Shown here one piece after another: positions 9,357 to 16,426 of a DNA stretch of 30,695 bases; position 1 is the stretch's first letter; each line of letters starts with the position of its first letter. The notes beneath the pieces were generated by a model. The model was not told the DNA's origin. It made no database searches and saw only the letters and a program-made list of their open reading frames with translations. A program made the position numbers and the translations under genes. Origin of the DNA: a bacterium (GTDB taxonomy: Bacteria > Hydrothermota > 32-111); NCBI GenBank assembly GCA_050239825.1, contig JBFXGO010000032.1, forward strand, positions 1 to 30,695, written 5' to 3'.

Positions 9357-9922
9357 AAATTCTCCTTTAATGATTCGCTTGCATTAAGCTCTTTCAAACT
9401 CTGTCTGATGTTTTCTCTGGCTCTATAAATAAGAGATTCAACCGCCTTCTCCGATACCTTCATAATTGATGCTATCTCTCTGTATTTCAAATTCTCTTTT
9501 TGAGAGAGGATAAACGCCGTCTTCTGATTTTCAGGGAGAAGATTCAAAATCTTCTTTGCCTTTTCATCACGCTCTTTCTCTTCTTTGACTGGTGAATCTT
9601 CTGCCACATCCGCGGCGAACTCAATATTTGTCAGCAACTCATCCTTTTTATGTTTTCTTATATATGAAACTGCTGAGTTGGCAGTAATTCTGTATATCCA
9701 AGTGGAAAGGGATGATTTTTTTTTGAAACTTTCCGCCTTCTTATAAAGAATAAGAAAGACCTCCTGAGAGATATCTTCTGCGGCATGGTAATCATAAACA
9801 TGAGAATAAGAGAGATTGAAAACTCTCTTTGAGTATCTTTTAAAGAGCTCCTTGAACGCTTTCTGGTCATTCCCTGCTACGAGAATTATAAGCTGTTCGT
9901 CACTCTGAGTTGAATAGTCCAT
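9353..9922 (-). CDS. ECF sigma-70 factor (start re-called to 9922, MDYSTQSDEQL)
   Basis: Region 2 AEDISQEVF…STWIYRITAN and region 4 LPENQK…YREIASIM…VESLIYRAR. The ORF-track extension to 10015 overlaps the upstream gene and a hairpin. Confidence 0.9.
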   Translation of the reverse strand: MDYSTQSDEQLIILVAGNDQKAFKELFKRYSKRVFNLSYSHVYDYHAAEDISQEVFLILYKKAESFKKKSSLSTWIYRITANSAVSYIRKHKKDELLTNIEFAADVAEDSPVKEEKERDEKAKKILNLLPENQKTAFILSQKENLKYREIASIMKVSEKAVESLIYRARENIRQSLKELNASESLKENL

Positions 9923-9929
9923 AAGTTCA

Positions 9930-9949
9930 GGCGGGGCAAATGCCCCGCC
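9930..9949. terminator. GC-rich hairpin between the Spy/CpxP gene and the ECF sigma gene
   Basis: Perfect inverted repeat GGCGGGGCA-AA-TGCCCCGCC. No U-tract follows it on the coding strand, so function is uncertain. Confidence 0.45.
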
Positions 9950-9962
9950 CTCTCTGTGTGTT

Positions 9963-10478
9963 TTATTTACTGCAATTTCCGCAGTCTTCCATATTGTTTT
10001 GCCCGTTATTTCCATATTTCATGCCCTTCTCATTCTTCATCTTCATTCCCACTCTCTTCATGTCGAAGAGTTTCTGCTGATCCTTTGTAAGGATATTTCT
10101 TATCTGAAAATGGTGTGAAATCTTCGCTTTCTGAATCTCTGTATCAATTTTGCCGAGTTCTTCCACTGCGGAGAGAGCCTTCTTTTCGTCAATATTGATC
10201 TGCATGGCTTCGTGAAGGTCAATCATCTTCAAAGCGGATTTATAACGAAGTTCCGCCATTTTCTTTTGATGATTTAACCCAATCTTCTCGATCTTTGCAA
10301 TCTGGTCATCTGTAAGGTCGGGAATATTCATTATTCCTCCCGACTGATGCTCCATCATCATTCCCATGCCCTTGCCATCGCCCTGCATCGAACAGTCACC
10401 GTTCTTGGCGGATATCGGCATCATAAGAAGAACCGACACCAACGCAAACATACCTGTTAATGTTAGAAAACGTTTCAT
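9963..10478 (-). CDS. Spy/CpxP-family periplasmic chaperone
   Basis: Signal peptide, Met/Gly-rich N-terminus, and two LTxxQ motifs (LTDDQ, LTKDQ). Confidence 0.85.
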   Translation of the reverse strand: MKRFLTLTGMFALVSVLLMMPISAKNGDCSMQGDGKGMGMMMEHQSGGIMNIPDLTDDQIAKIEKIGLNHQKKMAELRYKSALKMIDLHEAMQINIDEKKALSAVEELGKIDTEIQKAKISHHFQIRNILTKDQQKLFDMKRVGMKMKNEKGMKYGNNGQNNMEDCGNCSK

Positions 10479-10486
10479 TGTGCCTC

Positions 10487-10930
10487 CTATTTTTTATTTG
10501 TTGTTTTCAAGTTATTCATATGCTGGATTCTTTTTTCAAGAAAATCCATCAGTATTATTCTTTCTGATTCCGGAAGTTCCTTTCTCAAACGGATCATATT
10601 TCTGACAACATTTTTCTCCATATCCTTCTGAATATTTGAAATGGTTATAAGAATTGAGTCAACCTTATGCGTATCAGGGTTCTCACTCTTTAGAACATCA
10701 AATAAACTCTCTCTTGCATTTTCAACTGCTATTATGTATGGTTTATTTGATCTTCCTACAGAATCCATCATCATGCGAAACCTCTCAAAATGCTCGCCCT
10801 TTCCCTCAAATTCGTGAGGCGGACAAGGCATATCTGGTTTATGTGTATTTAGAAATATTATTGAAGAGAGAAAACCGACATTTATTCCTACGCTTATTGC
10901 CAGAATTATATAAAGAATCTTTTCTTTCAT
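10487..10930 (-). CDS. Periplasmic heavy-metal sensor / ZraP-CnrX-like helical protein
   Basis: N-terminal anchor ISVGINVGFL, a His/Pro/Met patch, a helical body and C-terminal LPESER. Lies in the ECF operon. Confidence 0.7.
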   Translation of the reverse strand: MKEKILYIILAISVGINVGFLSSIIFLNTHKPDMPCPPHEFEGKGEHFERFRMMMDSVGRSNKPYIIAVENARESLFDVLKSENPDTHKVDSILITISNIQKDMEKNVVRNMIRLRKELPESERIILMDFLEKRIQHMNNLKTTNKK

Positions 10931-10949
10931 TTTTTCTCCTTTTGCATTT

Positions 10950-10978
10950 TAGACGCTCAATTTTCTCCCTCCCCTCGC
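10950..10978 (-). promoter_or_regulatory. Candidate ECF-sigma promoter
   Basis: Minus strand GCGAGGG-16 nt-CGTCTA, 20 nt upstream of the first gene of the ECF operon. CGTC is the typical ECF -10 core. Confidence 0.45.
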
Positions 10979-10991
10979 TTTTCTTCTTTCC

Positions 10992-11016
10992 CTATAGGGA
11001 CGGAGTATGGTTTATA
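10992..11016 (+). repeat. Left terminal inverted repeat CTATAGGGACGGAGTATGGTTTATA
   Basis: Exact reverse complement of 11917-11941. Contains the RAYT stop codon (11012-11014) and overlaps the 12-bp palindrome TCCCTATAGGGA (10989-11000). Confidence 0.95.
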
Positions 11017-11902
11017 GTTTATTATTTTTCTTCAAGTTGTTGTATAAAGATATGATAGAGCTGTATTTTAAAGTTTTAAATGGATAAATCGCATTGATTT
11101 CTTTAAATGATAATCCCGCCTTTTCCCTCAAATTTACGAGAAGCCTGTTTCTTAATATCAGATTTCTTTCCAAATCTTTTATTGTCACTTCATTTACGTA
11201 CAAAAACTCATCAATCACATCTTTCTTGCTTCTAAATTTCGAATTGATTCTCATGTTCGGTGCTTCCGATACATTCTTTTCCTCTCTTCTATCAAACTTT
11301 TTCTCTACAGTTTTGACAAAATCAGACTCCCCAATTATATCGCCAAATTTTGTTTTTATGCATGACATTGTTTTGCCTATCCAACTGCTTAAAAGTAATT
11401 TAAAATTGTCTTCATTTTGGAAAATATCGCAAACAAATCGTGTTTCTACCCAATCGTTTTCTTTTTGTTTAAAATATATATTGATTGTTGAAAATTGATA
11501 ATCAAAAGCATTATCGACTATTCCGGCGCGATACGGATTTAAAAGAGTATAAATTATTGCAATTTTCAAGTATTGATCATTTTGAATAATTTTTGAATAA
11601 TACCTATCTTGAAGTACATAACCATGCGATTTGTCAAGACTTCTATAAAAAGCAGCAAAAGTGCCATTAACATCCCTCATGAATTTATCCATTTTATTAC
11701 TGGTATTTTGAATTATAAGGTGATAATGATTATCCATTATACAATAAGCAAATAATTTTATTCCTCGTAATTTTGAGTATTTTTTTAGAAGTCCGATCAA
11801 ATAATTTTTGCAGAAAGCTTCTTTTAGAATAGGTTTTCCTTCAAGAGCTCTGCAAGTAATGTGATGGTAAGCACCATCAAATGTTACACGTGCCTTTCTC
11901 AT
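11012..11902 (-). CDS. RAYT-like HUH/Y1 transposase (IS200-like fold) with a C-terminal HTH-like extension
   Basis: AYHHITCR, HUH motif in YCIMDNHYHL, QDRYYS, catalytic Tyr region IYTLLNPYRAG and YQFST. The C-terminal LREKAGLSFKEI resembles a DnaA-C-type HTH. GGAGG SD. Confidence 0.9.
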   Translation of the reverse strand: MRKARVTFDGAYHHITCRALEGKPILKEAFCKNYLIGLLKKYSKLRGIKLFAYCIMDNHYHLIIQNTSNKMDKFMRDVNGTFAAFYRSLDKSHGYVLQDRYYSKIIQNDQYLKIAIIYTLLNPYRAGIVDNAFDYQFSTINIYFKQKENDWVETRFVCDIFQNEDNFKLLLSSWIGKTMSCIKTKFGDIIGESDFVKTVEKKFDRREEKNVSEAPNMRINSKFRSKKDVIDEFLYVNEVTIKDLERNLILRNRLLVNLREKAGLSFKEINAIYPFKTLKYSSIISLYNNLKKNNKL

Positions 11903-11916
11903 TCACACCTCCATAG

Positions 11917-11941
11917 TATAAACCATACTCCGTCCCTATAG
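11917..11941 (-). repeat. Right terminal inverted repeat TATAAACCATACTCCGTCCCTATAG
   Basis: Exact reverse complement of 10992-11016. Ends 14 nt upstream of the RAYT ATG. Confidence 0.95.
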
Positions 11942-11949
11942 CTAAAGTA

Positions 11950-12039
11950 CGGAGAGGCCGGGATTTGAACCCGGGGTAACGGTATAACCACTACAACGGA
12001 TTAGCAATCCGCCGCCTTAGACCGCTCGGCCACCTCTCC
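11950..12039 (-). tRNA. tRNA-Ser (anticodon GCT), long variable arm, CCA not encoded
   Basis: GGAGAGG/CCTCTCC acceptor stem, D-loop GAGCGGTCTAAG, anticodon arm GCGGA-TTGCTAA-TCCGT, T-arm CCGGG-TTCAAAT-CCCGG and discriminator G. Confidence 0.96.
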
Positions 12040-12052
12040 ATGACTCGTCCCC

Positions 12053-12080
12053 ATTATAAGGAATAAGAATAAAATGTCAA
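12053..12080 (-). promoter_or_regulatory. Consensus sigma70 promoter for tRNA-Ser
   Basis: TTGACA (12080-12075)-16 nt-TATAAT (12058-12053), followed by a GC-rich discriminator-like segment. Confidence 0.8.
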
Positions 12081-12089
12081 TTAAAATTT

Positions 12090-13499
12090 CTAAAAATAGA
12101 GCTCAAATTCATAGGGATGAGGCCTCTTATTCATTTCAAGAGATTCTTTTTCTTTATATTCAATATATGAGTCAATTGTTTGTTTTGAGAATACGCCTCC
12201 CTTAAGCAAATACTCATTGTCATCCTTCAAAGCCTTTAATGCTTCGTTGAGAGAGGTCGGGCAAGAATCAACCTTTTCAAGCATTCTCTTGTCTGCCTTT
12301 TCAATGTTTATGTCAAATGGCCCAAAATTGTTATCTTTCAAAGAGATTTTGTTCTTCACTCCGTCAATCCCTGCCATTAGCATTGCGGCGCAAGCAAGAT
12401 AAGGATTGGCAGTTGCATCAGGCGGACGAAACTCTATCCTTTTTTCATTTTCGCTTGTAGCGTATTTGGGAATTCTTATGGCAGACGACCTGTTCGCCAG
12501 AGAGTAAAACAATTTTACCGGCGCTTCAAATCCAGGAACAAGCCGTTTATACGAATTTGTTGAAGGATTGGTGAATGCAAGGAGAGACCTTCCATGCTTT
12601 AAAAGACCTGCAACATAATACTCTGCGAATTTCGAAAGTCCCCCGTACTCTTTCCCGTAAAAAAGGTTCTTATTGTCTTTGAAAATATGCTGATGATAGT
12701 GCATACCTGTTCCCGGCATATTGTACATGGGTTTCGGCATAAAAGTGGCCGACATGCTGTTTTGATACGCAATCATCTTTATAAAATATTTTATTATCTG
12801 AATATTATCTCCGGTTTTCATAAGAGGATACCTCTTTATTTCAATTTCATTCTGACCGGCGCCTACTTCATGATGGTGATATATCAGATCAATGCCATAA
12901 TCAAGAATAGCTTTTGAAATCTGAGATCTCAACGACTGAAATTTATCCTTTGGAGGCATAGAATGGTATCCCTGCTTTTTCTGCAGGAACTCTCCGGTCT
13001 CATTGATATTCTCTCCTCCCATTGGCATATTCGCTTCATACGACTCAATTCTGCATTCTGTGATGTTTTCACTATTTTTAACACTCACTCTGTCAAATAT
13101 GTAGAATTCAAACTCGGGACCAAACAGAATGTCATCCCCCAATTTTTCCTTTCTAAGGTAATTTTCGGCTCTCTCTGAAATACCCCTCGGGTCTCTTTCA
13201 TAATCATACCTTGTATCCGCCTCTTTTATGTTGCAGAAAAAGGAGAGTGTCGGTTCATCCGTAAAAGGCTCTTCAAATGCGCTCTTCTCATCAATCATCA
13301 AAACCATGTCGCCCCCTTCCACAGATTTGAATCCTGGACAACTCGAAGAGTCAAAACCCACTCCATACTTTCTGACTTCATCAATATTTTTTATAGGCAG
13401 GGTTATATGGTGCATACCTCCTATCAGATCCGTGAATTTAAGATCTATCCATTTGTATTTTTCTAAGTTATTTTTCTGCCGCATCTTATTTTTCGCCAT
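12090..13499 (-). CDS. glnA: Glutamine synthetase type I (start re-called to 13499)
   Basis: DLKFTD, GFDSSS, GPEFEF, HHHEV, ATFMPKP, GTGMHYH, NSYKRLVPGFEAP, NRSSAIRIP and RIEFRPPD. GGAGGT SD before the ATG at 13499. Confidence 0.96.
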   Translation of the reverse strand: MAKNKMRQKNNLEKYKWIDLKFTDLIGGMHHITLPIKNIDEVRKYGVGFDSSSCPGFKSVEGGDMVLMIDEKSAFEEPFTDEPTLSFFCNIKEADTRYDYERDPRGISERAENYLRKEKLGDDILFGPEFEFYIFDRVSVKNSENITECRIESYEANMPMGGENINETGEFLQKKQGYHSMPPKDKFQSLRSQISKAILDYGIDLIYHHHEVGAGQNEIEIKRYPLMKTGDNIQIIKYFIKMIAYQNSMSATFMPKPMYNMPGTGMHYHQHIFKDNKNLFYGKEYGGLSKFAEYYVAGLLKHGRSLLAFTNPSTNSYKRLVPGFEAPVKLFYSLANRSSAIRIPKYATSENEKRIEFRPPDATANPYLACAAMLMAGIDGVKNKISLKDNNFGPFDINIEKADKRMLEKVDSCPTSLNEALKALKDDNEYLLKGGVFSKQTIDSYIEYKEKESLEMNKRPHPYEFELYF

Positions 13500-13523
13500 C
13501 TTTACCTCCGTTTGTGTTTGATA

Positions 13524-13552
13524 ATTATAATAAAAAATGTGTATAATTGCAA
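13524..13552 (-). promoter_or_regulatory. sigma70-type promoter for glnA
   Basis: TTGCAA-17 nt-TATAAT on the minus strand. Confidence 0.55.
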
Positions 13553-13607
13553 GTGCATATAAACAAATCCGTCTTATGTTTGTCTTATATATCAAAACAC
13601 AGGAGGC

Positions 13608-14432
13608 ATGATGAAAAAAAGGTTTTTCTTAGTTCTTTTCACGGTCATCTTCGCAATATCCAATACCGCGGCTCCGCTTATTCCCCTCTTGATTACCGCT
13701 CAGGATGATGTTAAATTAATTGAAATGACAAGCGAACCGGTTCTTGAGGGCGATGGCAACGGAGATGAAAACGGCGGGGGCGGCGATAAGGATAAAGATA
13801 AAGATAAGGATAAGGATAAGGATAAAATCAAAGATGAGGATAATGATGAGAACAATGGTGATGGTAATGATGACAAGGAGAAGAACAAGGACAAAGATAA
13901 AGATAAGGGAAAGGAAAAAGTGAAGGATGACGATAAAGATAAAGATAAAGACAAAGACAAAGACAAGGATAAAGATAAAGATAAGGATAAGGACGATAAC
14001 AATGGAAAAAAGAAAGAACCTCCAAAGAATAAGGATGACAATGGAAATAATGGAAATAATGGTAATAATGGGAATAACGGGAATAACGGGAATAACGGCA
14101 ATAATGGGAATAATGGGAATAACGGCAATAATGGGAATAACGGAAATAATGGGAATAACGGAAATAACGGAAATAATGGTAATAACGGAAACCATTATGG
14201 ATGGAGAAACAGGTGGAGAGACGGTGGCAGCACAAATGATTGGTGTTGTGCCGGGTGCGCGGCCGGAAGCTGCTTAAACTTGGTCGGAAGTGTTGGAGTT
14301 ACTGGAGCAGCTTGTCTGGTTCCGTCAACTCACAAATCAACAAATGTAACTATGAGTATACTGGGCGGTCTTGCCGGAGCTATAATAAATACTGTTATAA
14401 TTGCTATAATTGTAGATCAGATAAAGAACTGA
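13608..14432 (+). CDS. Exported low-complexity protein with (DK)n and (NNG)16 tracts and a Cys/Gly-rich hydrophobic C-terminus
   Basis: AGGAGG SD and signal peptide. The repeats vary only at synonymous positions in this frame. The gene exactly fills the gap between the glnA promoter region and the MFS stop. Confidence 0.8.
   Translation: MMKKRFFLVLFTVIFAISNTAAPLIPLLITAQDDVKLIEMTSEPVLEGDGNGDENGGGGDKDKDKDKDKDKDKIKDEDNDENNGDGNDDKEKNKDKDKDKGKEKVKDDDKDKDKDKDKDKDKDKDKDKDDNNGKKKEPPKNKDDNGNNGNNGNNGNNGNNGNNGNNGNNGNNGNNGNNGNNGNNGNNGNNGNNGNHYGWRNRWRDGGSTNDWCCAGCAAGSCLNLVGSVGVTGAACLVPSTHKSTNVTMSILGGLAGAIINTVIIAIIVDQIKN
13785..13991 (+). repeat. 6-bp GAYAAR tandem tracts encoding (DK)7 at 13785-13826 and (DK)10 at 13932-13991
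   Basis: Read directly from the sequence. Confidence 0.95.
14046..14189 (+). repeat. 16 x 9-bp tandem repeat AATAAYGGN encoding (NNG)16
   Basis: Read directly. Variation is confined to third codon positions. Confidence 0.95.
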
Positions 14433-15830
14433 TTATTTCTTTCTGATAAACCATTCGCCTACTTGTGCGATACGCACTTTGGCAAATTCTTGAAAAAAGT
14501 AAAGAGCCTCTCTCAGCCTTTTTGAGCGGGGCTCTTTTATGAAAAAGAGCGGCACTTCCGCTGTCCATCTGGCAATACCTGTGATTCCGAAAAGCACCTG
14601 TTCGCTTGTGAGACTCAATCCAAAAATCTCCATGGGTTTTGGCGTGAAAATGCTTGAAATAAGCATCGTCAGCATCATTGATATTCCGGTAACAGCGCCA
14701 TAGATGCCTGAATAGATGCCTCTCTTGTTTTCGGGGGCAATCGATAAAACAAAATTCGTTGCAACAATACCTGCTCCGGACCACATTATGCCGGATGAGA
14801 ATGCCTCAATAAAAATCATCCAATATGAGTTCTCATTTGCAAAGAGCCAAATAAGCGGATTTATTCCTCCGATAACCACGGCTATCCTCATTGCCGTCTT
14901 GTTTCCAAATCTGTCAATAAATTTTCCCCAAGGTTTAAGAGCTAAGAGAGATGCCATCGTGCTTATAGTGCCGTATATCTGTATTTCAACCATGCTCATC
15001 TTCAGTACTTTTATCATAAAGGGCTGCCAGAACGGCGAACCAATGCCTACCGCGCACATCCACCAAAAACCATAGAGAAGAAATCTTCTGAAATTTTTGT
15101 CTTTGAAAGGTTCCAGATACATTTGAAGAGCATTTCCTGTCTCAATGCTCTTTTTCTTTTCAGGCTGCAGGCTAAGTATGAATATGCCGATTATCCCAGC
15201 AAGAGCCGCGAATGAGAATATAAATATGAAGGCATAATTCAGATTTGAGCTTCTGAATAAAGTTGGATTATTAAAGACAAAAAGGAGTTTTTTTGAAAGA
15301 ACTCCGGGGTCTCTATCAAACATATCTATAAACAGACTGAAGCAGTACCCGGTGAAGAGCCCAACCAAGAGGAGAAGCTGCGACCTTGATGAAAAGAATC
15401 TTCCTCTTATGCCTATCGGAACCATATCTGAAATCCAAGCGACCCAAAGATTTGCGCTCATCGCCTGTAGAGCATTGCTAAGGAAGAAGAGAATAAGAAA
15501 CGGCGCAACTCCCTCGGTGCCGACAAATAGAATCGACACAAAACCGAATGCAAACGAAAGAGCTCTCCCGACGAGAGCAAGGTTCAACACCATCCTCTTT
15601 CTTGAGTCCGAATTTTTGGCAATAACTGCTCCGAAGATCTGAAAAACCTGCGACAGTTGTCCCAAAGCGGAGAGCATTCCAAAATGTATGGGCAAGGCGT
15701 TCAGTGAAACCATGAATTTGGTTACAAATATGCTTCCCATCCCCGAAAGGGAGGTATATACCTGCGCAAATGCTCCGTCTAAATAGGATATTCTGAAAGT
15801 GCGTCTTGTTCTGCTTTCTCTTCTTTTCAT
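14433..15830 (-). CDS. MFS transporter (start re-called to 15830, MKRRES)
   Basis: About 12 TM segments, WISDMVP…RGRFFS, KDKNFRRF, and motif A-like WGKFIDRFGNK. The extension to 15905 spans an AT-rich promoter region. Confidence 0.85.
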   Translation of the reverse strand: MKRRESRTRRTFRISYLDGAFAQVYTSLSGMGSIFVTKFMVSLNALPIHFGMLSALGQLSQVFQIFGAVIAKNSDSRKRMVLNLALVGRALSFAFGFVSILFVGTEGVAPFLILFFLSNALQAMSANLWVAWISDMVPIGIRGRFFSSRSQLLLLVGLFTGYCFSLFIDMFDRDPGVLSKKLLFVFNNPTLFRSSNLNYAFIFIFSFAALAGIIGIFILSLQPEKKKSIETGNALQMYLEPFKDKNFRRFLLYGFWWMCAVGIGSPFWQPFMIKVLKMSMVEIQIYGTISTMASLLALKPWGKFIDRFGNKTAMRIAVVIGGINPLIWLFANENSYWMIFIEAFSSGIMWSGAGIVATNFVLSIAPENKRGIYSGIYGAVTGISMMLTMLISSIFTPKPMEIFGLSLTSEQVLFGITGIARWTAEVPLFFIKEPRSKRLREALYFFQEFAKVRIAQVGEWFIRKK

Positions 15831-15940
15831 TGTATATAAAATATAGATTTTTATGCTTATGTCAATACAATATGTATCAATTAACAAGTTTAAAGCATTT
15901 TTCATTTGACTTGAATTTTTTTTTAATGTATATATTATTT

Positions 15941-16426
15941 ATGCAGAATGCAAAAATAACTCTTCTTTATTCATCTCTCTCCAGAGGAAACACAAGCAAA
16001 ATAGCTCAGGTAATTGCCAGAGAAATGAAATGCGACCTTATGCGTACAGCGGATATATCGCTTTCTTCACTTAAAAAATACGACCTGATAGGATTCGGCT
16101 CCGGCATATATCATGGACTGCCGCATAAAAAGCTCATTGAAGCTATTGAATCGCTACCTGATGATTTTAGAGGCAGGCACGCATTTATTTTTTGCACAAG
16201 CCGTTTCTGCAGAAAATCATACTTGGATAAATTCAGAGAGGCAATTGAAAGAAAGGGATTTATCGTGCTTGGAGAATATCAGTCAAGAGGATTTTATACA
16301 AATAACTTGTTTAAATTTTTCGGAGGAATTAATAAAGGCAGACCAAATTCGTATGACTATATGGATGCGGCTGAGTTTGCCCAAAATATACTTAATCTAT
16401 ATAATGAAAAAATCAACAAGTCTTGA
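15941..16426 (+). CDS. Flavodoxin-family protein (start re-called to 15941)
   Basis: FMN-binding loop YSSLSRGNTSKIA, YDLIGFGSGIY, AFIFCT and GGINKGRP. Confidence 0.85.
   Translation: MQNAKITLLYSSLSRGNTSKIAQVIAREMKCDLMRTADISLSSLKKYDLIGFGSGIYHGLPHKKLIEAIESLPDDFRGRHAFIFCTSRFCRKSYLDKFREAIERKGFIVLGEYQSRGFYTNNLFKFFGGINKGRPNSYDYMDAAEFAQNILNLYNEKINKS

Larger units (their letters stand above)
10992..11941 (-). mobile_element. 950-bp TIR-bounded element carrying a RAYT-like HUH transposase
   Basis: Perfect 25-bp inverted repeats at both ends enclose a single gene that is visibly AT-richer than its flanks. Lies 8 nt from the tRNA-Ser 3' end. Confidence 0.75.

Noticed and set aside
11012..11902. IS200/IS605 element with TnpB/IscB
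   Set aside because: The protein is about twice TnpA length with RAYT-type motifs, and there is no RuvC-type gene or room for an omega-RNA.
10992..12039. Integrase-type genomic island at tRNA-Ser
   Set aside because: No tyrosine or serine integrase and no duplicated tRNA 3' end (att) in the window.
14046..14189. Possible CRISPR array or DGR template (AAY-rich)
   Set aside because: Contiguous 9-bp units with no spacers, no cas or reverse transcriptase gene, and no paired variable region.
13700..14277. Alternative-frame ORFs over the repeat gene (poly-SL, IIP, YSH, IK/IMG repeats)
   Set aside because: Shadow frames of a stop-free tandem repeat. Only the 13608 frame has an SD, a signal peptide and purely synonymous repeat variation.
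16113..16403. 97-aa N-terminal extension of YhhQ in the ORF track
   Set aside because: It overlaps the flavodoxin CDS in another frame, and family similarity begins at Met 16404.
15870..16404. preQ1 riboswitch upstream of yhhQ
   Set aside because: yhhQ overlaps the flavodoxin gene and the upstream region is a short AT-rich promoter. No preQ1 stem-loop consensus is visible.
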